Position numbers and translations under genes: made by a program
Part shown: positions 46,767-57,056 of the stretch, piece by piece
How the letters are laid out: every line of letters begins with the position of its first letter
Position numbering within the stretch: the first letter of the stretch is position 1
The notes under the pieces: model-generated
The model's database searches: none
Told to the model about the DNA's origin: nothing
What the model saw: the letters and a program-made list of their open reading frames with translations, nothing else
NCBI GenBank assembly: GCA_044344255.1
Contig: JBIJDH010000025.1
Span: 1-64,000 of the forward strand
From: Myxococcota bacterium
GTDB lineage: Bacteria; Myxococcota_A; UBA796; UBA2385
Direction of reading: 5' to 3'
DNA: 64,000 bases

Positions 46767-49442
46767 ATGTCTGACGCCTCGCCCGCCGCTCCCCACTCGC
46801 CGGCAGCACCCGCTCCCGCGCTCCACCCGCTCCGCTTCAGCCTCAACGGGCAGCCGGTGCAGCTCATGGTGGACCCCAAGCGCTCCACCCTCGACGTCCT
46901 CCGCGAAGACCTCGGCGTCACCACGCTCAAGCCGGGCTGCTCTCCCCAAGGGGTCTGCGGCTGCTGTGTCGCCCTCGTCAACGGCAAGCCCCGGGTGACC
47001 TGCACGCTCGCCTGCAAGACGCTGGAGGGCAAGGAGGTCACGACCCAAGACGGCATCCCCGAAGACGAGCTCCAGCTCTACGCCGACGCCTTCGCCCGCG
47101 CCGGGGGCACGCAGTGCGGCTACTGCACGCCCGGCATCGTGATGCAGACCAAGGCCCTGCTCGACCGCGACCCTGACCCCGATGACGCCGCCATCAAGAG
47201 CGCGCTGGCGATGCACATCTGCCGCTGCACGGGCTGGGTGAAGATCCACGACAGCATCCACCTCGCCGCGAAGATGCGGCAGGGGGTGGCGCGCCTCGGC
47301 CTGGTGGCCGACGGCGTCGGGAACGGCTGGCGACAGGGAGACATCCGCGCCGCTGCGATCGGCCGGCGGCCGTACATCGACGACATGACCCGCCCGGGAA
47401 TGCTCCACGGCGCCCTCGTCTGGACCCCCCACGCCCGCTGCCGCGTGAGCCGGATCGACAGCCGCGCCGCGGAGGCTCTGCCCGGCGTGGTGCGAGTGTG
47501 TACGGCCGCCGACCTCCCCGGAGACCGCAAGGTGGGCCTCATCTTCCGCGACTGGCCGGTGCTCGTGGCCGTGGGCGAGGAGACCCGCTGCGTGGTCGAC
47601 ATCCTCGCCGTCGTCGTCGCCGAGACGCCGGCCCAGGCGCGGGCCGCCGCGGCGGCGGTCGTCGTCGAGGCCGAGGCCCTCGAGGCCGTCACCGACGTCG
47701 CGGTCGCCTTCGAAGACCCGAAGAACCTCCTCGCCACCGCGAAGGTGAAGAAGGGCAGCGTCGAGGGGGCCTGGGAGCGCTGCGCCCTCGTCGTGGAGGA
47801 GCACTTCCGCACCCAGGTCATCGACCAGGCCTTCCTCGAGCCCGAGGCCAGCCTCGCCATCCCCGACGGAGACGGCGGCTTCACGGTCTACTCCTGTGGG
47901 CAGGGCGTCTTCGATGACCAGAAGCAGCTCTGTCAGCTCTATGGGCTGCCGCCCGAGAAGCTTCGCATCGTGCTCGTCCCCACGGGCGGGGCGTTTGGCG
48001 CCAAGGAAGACCTCAACGTCCAGCCGCACGCGATCCTGGCCGCCAAGCTGACGAACCGCCCGGTCAAGATCGCCCTCGACATGGCCGAGTCCACTCGGTA
48101 CCACCCGAAGCGCCACCCGCTCCGCCTCGACTACAAGGTGGGCTTTGACGCCGAGGGCCGCCTGGTGGCGGTCCGGGCGCGCATCCTCGGCGACACCGGG
48201 GGCTACGCCAGCGTGGGTGACAAGGTGCTGGAGCGGGCCGCCGGTCACTCCTGCGGGCCCTATCGGGTGCCGAACGTCGACGTCGAGGCCTATACGGTCT
48301 ATACGAACAACCCGGTCTATGGCGCCATGCGCGGCTTCGGGGTCAATCAGTCGGCCTTCGCGCTCGAGGGCTGCCTCGACCGCGCCGCGGAGCGCCTCGG
48401 CCTCGATCCCCTCGAGCTCCGCGCCCGCAACCTGCTCCGCCCGGGAGACCGCTTCGCCACCGGGCAGGTGATGAACGAGGGCTGCGGCATCGTCGAGACC
48501 CTCGAGGCCATTCGCCCCCACTACGAGCGGGCCAAGGCCGAGGGCAAGCACGTCGGTGTGGCCTGTGGCCTCAAGAACACGGGCATGGGCAACGGGCTGA
48601 AGGAGGTGGGCCGGGTGGAGCTGCTCATCCGCTCCGCCTCGGAGATCCGCCTCTACACGGGCTTCACGGAGATGGGACAGGGGCATGACACGGTCATGGC
48701 CCAGATGGCGGCCGAGGCCACGGGCCTCCCGGCGGCCCTGTTCACCGTCGAGTGCTCCACCCGGGTCATGGTCGAAGGTGGGATGACCACCGCCTCGCGC
48801 GCCACTTACCTCGGCGGCAACGCCGTCCGAAACGCCGCCGAGTCACTCACGGCGGCGCTCCAGGCGGTGGGCGGCGAGCTCGACAAGCTGGTCGGACAGC
48901 GCTTCCACGGGGAGTGGTGGGCCCCGCTCACCCACAAGCCTGGCTACGACCAGGACGTCCTTGCCCCCGTCACGCACTACGCCTTCGGCTTCGCCACCCA
49001 GCTCGCCATCGTCGACGCCGAGGGCCGCCTCGAGGAGATCGTGGCCGCCCACGACGTCGGTCGCGCGATCAACCGCGTCTCCTGCGAGGGGCAGATCGAG
49101 GGCGGCGTGCACATGGGCATCGGCTATGCCCTCTCCGAGGAGCTGGTCATCGACGAGCGGGGCTGGCCGGACATGAAGTATGGCAAGCTCGGCATCCTCA
49201 AGGCCAAGCAGATGCCCAAGGTCACGACGATCCTCGTCGAGAAGGCCGATCCCCACGGCCCCTGGGGCGCCAAGGGCGTGGGCGAGATCGGCCTCGTGCC
49301 CACGGCGCCGGCGATCGCGGCGGCCATCCACAGCTTCGACGGGGAGTGGCGCACCCGCCTGCCGATGCGAGACACCGCGGCGGCGAGGGCGATGGGGGTG
49401 CGCGGCTCCAAGGCGGCGAAGGCCGCCGCCGAGCCCGTGTAG
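46767..49442 (+). CDS. xdh: Single-chain molybdenum hydroxylase (2x[2Fe-2S] + Moco), selenium-dependent xanthine dehydrogenase-like
   Basis: GCSPQGVCGCC, QCGYCTPG, CRCTGW, GGAFGAKE, GAMRGFG, TTASR, GAKGVGE. No FAD domain. Confidence 0.8.
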   Translation: MSDASPAAPHSPAAPAPALHPLRFSLNGQPVQLMVDPKRSTLDVLREDLGVTTLKPGCSPQGVCGCCVALVNGKPRVTCTLACKTLEGKEVTTQDGIPEDELQLYADAFARAGGTQCGYCTPGIVMQTKALLDRDPDPDDAAIKSALAMHICRCTGWVKIHDSIHLAAKMRQGVARLGLVADGVGNGWRQGDIRAAAIGRRPYIDDMTRPGMLHGALVWTPHARCRVSRIDSRAAEALPGVVRVCTAADLPGDRKVGLIFRDWPVLVAVGEETRCVVDILAVVVAETPAQARAAAAAVVVEAEALEAVTDVAVAFEDPKNLLATAKVKKGSVEGAWERCALVVEEHFRTQVIDQAFLEPEASLAIPDGDGGFTVYSCGQGVFDDQKQLCQLYGLPPEKLRIVLVPTGGAFGAKEDLNVQPHAILAAKLTNRPVKIALDMAESTRYHPKRHPLRLDYKVGFDAEGRLVAVRARILGDTGGYASVGDKVLERAAGHSCGPYRVPNVDVEAYTVYTNNPVYGAMRGFGVNQSAFALEGCLDRAAERLGLDPLELRARNLLRPGDRFATGQVMNEGCGIVETLEAIRPHYERAKAEGKHVGVACGLKNTGMGNGLKEVGRVELLIRSASEIRLYTGFTEMGQGHDTVMAQMAAEATGLPAALFTVECSTRVMVEGGMTTASRATYLGGNAVRNAAESLTAALQAVGGELDKLVGQRFHGEWWAPLTHKPGYDQDVLAPVTHYAFGFATQLAIVDAEGRLEEIVAAHDVGRAINRVSCEGQIEGGVHMGIGYALSEELVIDERGWPDMKYGKLGILKAKQMPKVTTILVEKADPHGPWGAKGVGEIGLVPTAPAIAAAIHSFDGEWRTRLPMRDTAAARAMGVRGSKAAKAAAEPV

Positions 49443-49485
49443 CCCGCGGGCGGGTGCTATCATGGCCGCTCGGAGACGCGCCGCC

Positions 49486-51783
49486 ATGCACCGCTGGTCC
49501 AACCCCTCGACAACCTGGGCTCCCGCCCTGTCCCTCCTCCTTACGCTCGCCTCCTGCGCGGGCGGCAAGGGCACGGAGCCCGAGGCCACCGATGAGGGCG
49601 GCGAGCCCACCTTCATCGACGATGACCGGGATGGCTTCGGCGCCGAGGAGGACTGTAACGACACCGACTCCGCGGTCCACTCGGGCGCCGCCGAGCTCTG
49701 CGACGGCATCGACAACAACTGCGACGGCGTGGTCGACGAGGGCGTCACCACCCTCTGGTACGCCGACGAAGACGGCGATGGCTTCGGCGACGTCGAGGCT
49801 GCGGAGGAGGCCTGCAGCATGCCCGAGGGCGCGGTCACCAACGCCTCGGACTGCGACGACGGCGACGAGAGCGTCTATCCCGGGGCCTTCGAGATCTGCG
49901 ACGGGCTCGACAACGACTGTGACGGCGAGGCCGACGACGGCGAGCGCGCCACCTGGTACGCCGACGCCGACGGGGACGGCTGGGGCGACGCCGGCTCCAG
50001 CGTCGAGTCCTGTGACGAGCCCGAGGGCTACGTCCTGGACGACGGGGACTGCAACGACGCCTCCGCCGAGGCCTACCCGGGGCACGTCGAGGTCTGTGAC
50101 GAGATCGACAACGACTGCGACACCGTCGTCGACGAGGAGGTCACGCTCACCTGGTATGAGGACCGAGACGGTGATGACTGGGGCGTGCTCGACTCCACCA
50201 CCGAGGCCTGCGCGCGGCCCACGGGCTACGCCGAGGAAGCGGGTGACTGCGACGATGATGACCCCGCGTATCACCCGTACGCCGACGAGAGCGACTGCAC
50301 CGATCCCCACGACTACAACTGTGATGGGAGCGTCGGCTACGCCGATGACGACGCCGACGGCTGGGCCGCCTGCGTGGAGTGTGACGACGACGACGCCCTC
50401 GTCAACCCGGACGCCCTCGAGATCTGCAACACCATCGACGACGACTGTGACGCCCTCATCGATGACGCCGATCCCGACGCTGACCTCAGCACCGGCAGCG
50501 CCTGGTACGGAGACGCCGACCGCGATGGCTTCGGCCTCGCCACCGACGCGCTCATTCAGTGTGAGGCGCCCACTGGCTATGTCTCCGATGATAACGACTG
50601 CGATGACGACGACAGCTTCGTCAACCCCGACGCCGTCGAGGTCTGTAACGGCTACGACGACGACTGCGACGCCCTCGTGGACGACGCCGACAGCGACGTC
50701 GATCTGAGCACTGGCTCCACCTGGTACCGCGACAGCGACGGCGATGGGTATGGCGCGCTCGGCCTCACGGCGGTGACCTGCGACGAGCCCTCTGGCTACA
50801 CGAGCTCGTCCACCGACTGCGACGACACGAGCGCGGCCGTGCGCCCCGGCGCCACGGAGGTCTGTAACGGGATCGACGATGACTGCGACGGGCTGACCGA
50901 CGACGCCGACGCTGGCCTCGACCTCAGCACCGGCCTCACCTGGTACCGAGATGTCGATGGGGACGGCTTCGGCGACGCCGCCAGCAGCAAACGATCCTGC
51001 CTCCAGCCTACGGGCTACGTCTCTACCGCGACCGACTGCAACGACGCCTCCTCGGCCATCCGGCCCACGGCGACCGAGCTCTGCGACAGCGTCGACAACG
51101 ACTGCGACGGCCTCATCGATGACGCCGACTCCAGCCTCAGCGCCGCCTCCACCACCACCTGGTACGTCGACAGCGACGGCGACGGCTACGGGGCCAGCAG
51201 CGGCACCCGCAACACCTGCACCAAGCCAACCGGCTACTCGGCGGTGAGCACCGACTGCGCCGACTCCGTGGTGACCATCCACCCCGGAGCCATCGAGCTC
51301 TGCGACGCGCTCGACAATGACTGTGACATCGCCATCGACGAGGGCATGGTCGACACAGACGGCGACGGCACCTGCGACAGCCTCGACACCGAGTCCTGCG
51401 ACGGCCGCGACAACGACGGCGACGGCTCCTCGGACGAGGGGCTCACCTGCACCTACAAGCTCGTGCAGAGCGACCTGTCGAGCGGCCTCTGCGTGGACGA
51501 TGACCTCTACGTGAATCAGAACGGCTCCCGTATCTACACGGACACCTCCTGGGGCGCCCAGTGTGGGCACACCGTCACCTTCAACGCCACCCCCGGGGAC
51601 AGCCTCGCGATGTGGGCGGTGGACTCCGTGGGCGGCTGTCGAAACATGAGCGACGTCTACATCGTGCTCGTCGCCACGGGCGCCGGGCAGAAGCTCGCGA
51701 CCGGCTACACGAACACCTGCGGGCACGGGGCCTCGTCGTCGGCCTTCTGGAGCGCGACCGTCTCCGTGCCGGGCGCATTCTGA
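49486..51783 (+). CDS. Lipoprotein with about 10 MopE-type putative metal-binding repeats
   Basis: Lipobox LASC. Repeated ExCDGxDNDCDGxxDE and WYxDxDGDGxG units. Confidence 0.88.
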   Translation: MHRWSNPSTTWAPALSLLLTLASCAGGKGTEPEATDEGGEPTFIDDDRDGFGAEEDCNDTDSAVHSGAAELCDGIDNNCDGVVDEGVTTLWYADEDGDGFGDVEAAEEACSMPEGAVTNASDCDDGDESVYPGAFEICDGLDNDCDGEADDGERATWYADADGDGWGDAGSSVESCDEPEGYVLDDGDCNDASAEAYPGHVEVCDEIDNDCDTVVDEEVTLTWYEDRDGDDWGVLDSTTEACARPTGYAEEAGDCDDDDPAYHPYADESDCTDPHDYNCDGSVGYADDDADGWAACVECDDDDALVNPDALEICNTIDDDCDALIDDADPDADLSTGSAWYGDADRDGFGLATDALIQCEAPTGYVSDDNDCDDDDSFVNPDAVEVCNGYDDDCDALVDDADSDVDLSTGSTWYRDSDGDGYGALGLTAVTCDEPSGYTSSSTDCDDTSAAVRPGATEVCNGIDDDCDGLTDDADAGLDLSTGLTWYRDVDGDGFGDAASSKRSCLQPTGYVSTATDCNDASSAIRPTATELCDSVDNDCDGLIDDADSSLSAASTTTWYVDSDGDGYGASSGTRNTCTKPTGYSAVSTDCADSVVTIHPGAIELCDALDNDCDIAIDEGMVDTDGDGTCDSLDTESCDGRDNDGDGSSDEGLTCTYKLVQSDLSSGLCVDDDLYVNQNGSRIYTDTSWGAQCGHTVTFNATPGDSLAMWAVDSVGGCRNMSDVYIVLVATGAGQKLATGYTNTCGHGASSSAFWSATVSVPGAF

Positions 51784-51786
51784 GCG

Positions 51787-53847
51787 ATGCGACACGCGGC
51801 CATCTGGCTCACGCTTTGCGGCCTCTCCGGCTGCGGCGGAGCGGCGACCGACAAGGGCGGCGCCGGTTCGGACGACGGGTCGAGCGACGGGTCGGACGGC
51901 GGGGCGGACAGCGGCGCGCCGGGGGACAGCGGCGCGCCGGACCCCTCGGCCTGCGAGGACGTGAGCCGTCCGCCCCTCTCGCCCTCGACCTGGGTGGAGG
52001 GCGGTGACATCCCGGGCGGTGGGGTCTGGAGCATCGTCCAGGGGCCGGGGGGTGTGCCCCTCTACGCGGGCTCTCACAACTCCGGCCTCTGGTCGTCCGT
52101 CGACGGGGGAGAGACCTGGCTCAGGGGCCTCGTCCGCAGCACCCACACCCTCGCCGAGCTCGCCCTGTCGCCCGACGACCCCTCGCGGGTCTATCGCTCC
52201 TCCGGCGGCGTCCTCGAGCGCAGCGACGACGGCGGCCTGTCCTGGACGGTCCTCCCGCTCGGGGGCGTCAGCGAGACCGCCGCCGAGGAGGTCTATGCGC
52301 TCGCGGTGGCGCCTTATGACGCTCGGCGGGTCTATGGGGTGCTGAGCACGGGCGGGGCCTACCGGTCCACCGACGCCGGAGACTCTTTTGAGCTCCAGGG
52401 CGCGCTGCCGGTGCTGGTCGACGTCGGAGCGGGCGACCCCTTCCTCAACCACGACTGGCACCTGCTCCCCGACGTTGAGGCCGGAGGTCGGGTCCTCTTC
52501 GCCGACGGCGACATGGTGCAGGTGTCCGACGACGGGATGGTGAGCTGGGGCTGGACGCTCGTGGGCACGGTCGGCCTCGGTGGCCGCTCCCTCCGCCGCG
52601 ATCCGCTCGACCCTGACCACATCCTCATCGGGGCCGAGGATGGGCTCTACGAGTCCTTCGATGAGGGCGACACCTGGGCGCGCCGCGATGAGCTCGGCCC
52701 CGCCTTGCAGATGGGCGCCTGGGCGGAGGACGGCAGCTGGCTCGCGTACGCCTCTGCGGACACGCTCTACGTCTCGACCGACTCCGGTGCGACCTGGGTG
52801 GCGCGCGCCCTGGACTGGCCCATGGTGGAGGCGCTCGCGATCGTCGGCGATCGGTTGATCCTGTCCTGGAATGACGGCCTCGTCTCCTCCGACGACGGGG
52901 GCCTCACCTGGTCGGACGACGACGAGGGGCTCACCGATCCCGGCATGGCGGTCCTCGCGCCGCACCCGGTCTGCGCGAACCGCCTGTTCGCCGCCAGCCG
53001 CTGCTCGGGCGGGGTGTATCGTTCAGACGACTACGGCTCGACCTGGAGCCACGTGGAGGCCTACTTCCACTACGTGATGGGCCTTCACTTTGACCCTCAG
53101 GACCCGGAGACCGTCTGGGCGATCTCCGACGACAGTCTGCTGGTCTCTCGTGACGGCGGCAGCTCCTGGAGCCAGGCGGTGCGGAAGTACCACTTCCACG
53201 GCTTCGCCGTCCACCCCGATGACTCAGACACGCTGCTGCTCGGCAGCGTCGGCAGCGGCGAGTGGGCAGACGACACGATGCGGGTCTACCGAACGGAGGA
53301 CGGCGGCGAGTCCTGGACGGACGCGAGCGCCGGGTTGCCGACCTCGGAGGCCTCCGCCCATACGCTGCTCTACTGGCCCGACAACCCGGAAGTGGTGCTG
53401 CTCGGCACCTACAAGGGGGAGGATCCTTCACACTTCTCCGGGTTCGGCGTCGGGTTGTTCCGCTCCGAGGACGGCGGTCAGAGCTGGACCGAGAGCCCCC
53501 TGCCGGCGGTGGACGTCGCCTGGCTCTCTCCCTGTCCCGGCGGCGTGGTGGCCACCACCGAGGATGGGCTCTATCGCTCGCGCGACGAGGGGCGGAGCTG
53601 GGAGCGCCTCCTGGGGCCGGAGGGGCTGCTCCTCTCGGCCGACTTCGCGGGGGAGCTCGGCCTCACGCTCGGGCAGGACGGGCGGGTGTGGCGCAGCGAT
53701 GATGGGGGAGACACCTGGGCCCGCTTCGACATCGGGCTCACCTCGAACCCGACCTCCTTCCTGGCCTCGATCGCCATCTCGGCCGATGGTGAGACCGCCT
53801 GGGTCACGGTCTTCGACGACGGGGTCTATCGGATCGCCCTGGAGTGA
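51787..53847 (+). CDS. BNR/Asp-box beta-propeller lipoprotein (VPS10/Ycf48-like)
   Basis: Lipobox LSGC, more than ten SxDxGxxW Asp-boxes. Confidence 0.85.
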   Translation: MRHAAIWLTLCGLSGCGGAATDKGGAGSDDGSSDGSDGGADSGAPGDSGAPDPSACEDVSRPPLSPSTWVEGGDIPGGGVWSIVQGPGGVPLYAGSHNSGLWSSVDGGETWLRGLVRSTHTLAELALSPDDPSRVYRSSGGVLERSDDGGLSWTVLPLGGVSETAAEEVYALAVAPYDARRVYGVLSTGGAYRSTDAGDSFELQGALPVLVDVGAGDPFLNHDWHLLPDVEAGGRVLFADGDMVQVSDDGMVSWGWTLVGTVGLGGRSLRRDPLDPDHILIGAEDGLYESFDEGDTWARRDELGPALQMGAWAEDGSWLAYASADTLYVSTDSGATWVARALDWPMVEALAIVGDRLILSWNDGLVSSDDGGLTWSDDDEGLTDPGMAVLAPHPVCANRLFAASRCSGGVYRSDDYGSTWSHVEAYFHYVMGLHFDPQDPETVWAISDDSLLVSRDGGSSWSQAVRKYHFHGFAVHPDDSDTLLLGSVGSGEWADDTMRVYRTEDGGESWTDASAGLPTSEASAHTLLYWPDNPEVVLLGTYKGEDPSHFSGFGVGLFRSEDGGQSWTESPLPAVDVAWLSPCPGGVVATTEDGLYRSRDEGRSWERLLGPEGLLLSADFAGELGLTLGQDGRVWRSDDGGDTWARFDIGLTSNPTSFLASIAISADGETAWVTVFDDGVYRIALE

Positions 53848-53879
53848 CCGTCGAAGTGGGCCGGCCCGTCGCTCGGGCC

Positions 53880-55388
53880 TCAGGGGGTGTGGAGGTCGAG
53901 GAGGTAGACCCGCCCCGCGTAGAGGCCCCCGCTGTTGTTCCAGCGGGCGCCTACGGCGAGGCGGTCGAGGCCGAAGAGGCTGATCGCGCTCGCGAGGTTG
54001 TCGGCGTCGGCCTCCGCGTCGAGGGTGGCGGAGGCGGCGTCGACGGTGAGGGTCCCCGGAGACCAGGGGCCCTCCCAGAGATAGGCGGCGCCGCCCTCGT
54101 AGCGGCGTCGATCGCTGGAGGGGGCGCCGATGAGGAGCTCGAGCTCGCCGTCCCCGTCGAGGTCGATCGGGGCGTGCAGGCTGGCGCCGAAGAGGTCGCC
54201 GGTGGCCTCTCCCACGAAGGTGGTGCGGGCGAGCTGGTCGATGCGACCCTCGAGGAGGGGGCCGGAGAGGAGGTAGACCCGGCCCGCCTCTTGGCCGTCC
54301 GCGGAGACGAGCAGGTCGTCGTAGCCGTCGTGATCGAGGTCTCCGGGCTCGGTGATCGGGGTCCCGGCGTAGCTGCCCATCGCCGGGCCGTGGAGGCGGA
54401 CGTCGGCGTCGGCGACCCCGCCGGGGCCCGGGGCGAGCGGGCCCTCCCAGACGAAGACCCCGCCCGTGTTGGGGCCCAGCTCGACGTCGCCGCTCGCCCC
54501 GAGGGCGAGGTCGGTGAGGCCATCCCCGCTCCAGTCCGACCGCCCGGCGAGGGACTGGCCGATCGCGTCCCCCGAGCCATAGGCCCCGTGCGGGGGGGGC
54601 GCGGCGGCGGGAGGGGCGGCCCCGGTGAGCGCCGCGGTTGAGCCGCCGGAGAGGGCGGCCCAGGCGCTCGTGATCGAGCGGGCGCCGGCCTCGACCGGCC
54701 CCGCGACGAGGTAGGCGCGGCCCCCGCCGGCCCCCCCGTTGTCATTGCCGGGCGCCCCGAAGAGGAGGTCGCCCTGGCCGTCGCCGGTGAGGTCGCCGGT
54801 GGGGGCGAGGGCGGCGCCGAGGTAGTCGCCCGCGTCCTCGCCCGTCCAGGTGGCGAAGCTGTCGGCCAGCGGGGTGTCCGGCGCCCCTGCCGGGACGGGC
54901 CCGCTCACGAGGTAGACCTTCCCGCTGTTACCGCCCGCCTCCCGGTTGGCGATGGCGCCGATGAGCAGGTCATCGTAGGCGTCGCCGCTGCGGTCGTCGG
55001 TGCCGGCGGTGGCGTAGCCGGCGTAGTCGTACTCCACCTCCCCCTGAAGGGTGCCGAGGGGCCCGAGGTCCGCCCCGGACCAGAGGGTGGCTCGGTTGCC
55101 GAGGGGGCCCGAGACGACAAGATCGGTGAGGCCGTCGCCGTCGAGGTCAGCCCCCCCGTCGAGGCAGCCGCCGGCGCTGTCACCGTCCGTCCCGTCGAGC
55201 ACGGCGAAGGGCTCGAGGTTCTGGCCCGGCGTCGGCCCGCCGCTGTCGTCCCCCTCGCCGCCTTCGCCGCCGCCCTCGCCGCCGGGCTTGCCCGAGAGCC
55301 CGGACTCCCCGTCGCAGGCGCCGAGCAGGAGGGGCAGGAGGGGCAGGAGGGGCAGGCGGCGGCGACGTCGGGCGGGGAGGGGGCGCAT
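53880..55388 (-). CDS. FG-GAP / integrin-alpha repeat lipoprotein
   Basis: Lipobox LGAC. Repeated DLDGDG..DLLxGAP..GxxYL units. Confidence 0.85.
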   Translation of the reverse strand: MRPLPARRRRRLPLLPLLPLLLGACDGESGLSGKPGGEGGGEGGEGDDSGGPTPGQNLEPFAVLDGTDGDSAGGCLDGGADLDGDGLTDLVVSGPLGNRATLWSGADLGPLGTLQGEVEYDYAGYATAGTDDRSGDAYDDLLIGAIANREAGGNSGKVYLVSGPVPAGAPDTPLADSFATWTGEDAGDYLGAALAPTGDLTGDGQGDLLFGAPGNDNGGAGGGRAYLVAGPVEAGARSITSAWAALSGGSTAALTGAAPPAAAPPPHGAYGSGDAIGQSLAGRSDWSGDGLTDLALGASGDVELGPNTGGVFVWEGPLAPGPGGVADADVRLHGPAMGSYAGTPITEPGDLDHDGYDDLLVSADGQEAGRVYLLSGPLLEGRIDQLARTTFVGEATGDLFGASLHAPIDLDGDGELELLIGAPSSDRRRYEGGAAYLWEGPWSPGTLTVDAASATLDAEADADNLASAISLFGLDRLAVGARWNNSGGLYAGRVYLLDLHTP

Positions 55389-55470
55389 CGCCGTCCCTTA
55401 ACGGGGGAGGCGCGCACGCCGCCCGTTCGCGGGGTCGCCGCTGCCCCGGGCGGGGATAGGGCCCTGGGTC

Positions 55471-56982
55471 ATGAGCACAGACTGCGACGTCCTGGTGATC
55501 GGCGCGGGCATGGGCGGCCTCGGCGCGGCGCTGTCCCTGGCCGAGGCGGGCGTGCGGGTCTCCCTGTCGGAGGCCCTCGCCTACCCCGGCGGTTGCGCCT
55601 CCACCTTTCAACGACGGGGCTACCGCTTCGAGGCCGGGGCCACCCTGTCTTCGGGCTTGGGCGCAGATCAGCTCTTTGGCCGGTGGATCGATCGGTATCA
55701 GCTCCCGGTGCGGGTCGAGTGGATGGACCCCCTCGTCGAGCTGCGAACGCCAGACCTTCGGCTGCCCGTGCTCCGCGATCGCGCCGCGTTCCAGGCCTCG
55801 CTGGCTGCGCTGCCGGGGGCGCCGGTCGAGGCGCTGCGCTCGTTCTTCGCCGATCAGCGGGCCGTCGCCGACACCCTCTGGCAGCTCTTCGACGATCCGG
55901 CGCTGCTCCCGCCCCTCTCGGCGGAGAGCCTCCTCCAGCACCTGCGCCGCCTCCCTCGGTACCTGCCCCTGCTCGGCCTCGTCGGCCGCCCGCTCTCGGC
56001 GGTGCTGGCGCGGTACGGCCTCGACCGCTGGCCCCCGCTGCGCAGCTACCTCGAGGGCCTGTGTCAGATCACGGTGCAGTGCGGGGTGGACGAGGCCGAG
56101 GCGCCCTTCGCGATGGCGGCGATGGACTACTACTGGCGCGGGACCGGGCATATCTGTGGGGGGATCGGCGCGTTGGCGGTGGGGTTGGTCGCCGCGCTCC
56201 GGGGCCTCGGGGCGGATGTCCGAATGGCCGACCGGGTGACCGCGCTGCGGTGGTCGGGCGACCACTGGCGCGTCCAGAGCCGCTCGGGCGAGCGGCGGGC
56301 GCGGCGGGTGGTGGCCAACCTCCTGCCCGGAGATCTCGGCCGGCTGCTCGCTCCGGAGGGCCCGGGCGAAAGCGCGGCGTCCCCTTGGCCGTGGGCGTCG
56401 TCGCTCTCGGAGCGGCAAGCCTCGGTCTCCCGAGGCTGGGGTGCGGTGATGCTCTATCGGGTGGTCCGCGCCCCGCCCGGCTCGGCCCACCACCTCGACC
56501 TCTGTCTCGACCCTCAGGCGCCGTGGACGGAGGGAAATCACGTCTTCGTCTCGCTCTCCGGGGCTGAAGATGCCCGCGGGGAGCGCCCCGGTGAGCGGGT
56601 CCTCACGGCCTCCACCCACGTCGCCCTCGAGCGCCTCCGCGAGACCGATGCGGCTCCTGAGGTGGAGCGGATCCAGGCCGCGATGCGCCGCACGGTCCGG
56701 GAGCTGGCGCCGGAGCTCGAGGAGGTGGCCTTCGAGATGACGGCCTCTCCCCGCACCTTCGCGCGCTTCACTCGGCGCGCGGAGGGCGCCGTGGGGGGGG
56801 TGCCCCGTCGGGCGGGCCTCGCCGCGTACGCCCAGCTCGGGCCGGTCTCACCCCGTCCGGGGCTCTGGCTGGTGGGCGACTCGGTCTTCCCCGGCCAGAG
56901 CACCTTCGCCACCGCGGTCGGCGGCACGAGGGTGGCCGCCGCGATCCTCCGAGCCGGGTTTGGCGGAGCGGGAGCGGGATGA
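55471..56982 (+). CDS. Phytoene desaturase / CrtD-like FAD oxidoreductase
   Basis: VIGAGMGGL, GGCASTF.R.GYRFEAGAT, SPRTFARFT, LVGDSVFPGQ. Confidence 0.82.
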   Translation: MSTDCDVLVIGAGMGGLGAALSLAEAGVRVSLSEALAYPGGCASTFQRRGYRFEAGATLSSGLGADQLFGRWIDRYQLPVRVEWMDPLVELRTPDLRLPVLRDRAAFQASLAALPGAPVEALRSFFADQRAVADTLWQLFDDPALLPPLSAESLLQHLRRLPRYLPLLGLVGRPLSAVLARYGLDRWPPLRSYLEGLCQITVQCGVDEAEAPFAMAAMDYYWRGTGHICGGIGALAVGLVAALRGLGADVRMADRVTALRWSGDHWRVQSRSGERRARRVVANLLPGDLGRLLAPEGPGESAASPWPWASSLSERQASVSRGWGAVMLYRVVRAPPGSAHHLDLCLDPQAPWTEGNHVFVSLSGAEDARGERPGERVLTASTHVALERLRETDAAPEVERIQAAMRRTVRELAPELEEVAFEMTASPRTFARFTRRAEGAVGGVPRRAGLAAYAQLGPVSPRPGLWLVGDSVFPGQSTFATAVGGTRVAAAILRAGFGGAGAG

Positions 56983-57056
56983 ACGACCGCGTTGGGGCGA
57001 CGCTCCGGTCGATGGTGCCGCGGACTTCGGGTAGAGTGCGGGGGAACGAGGTCGCC

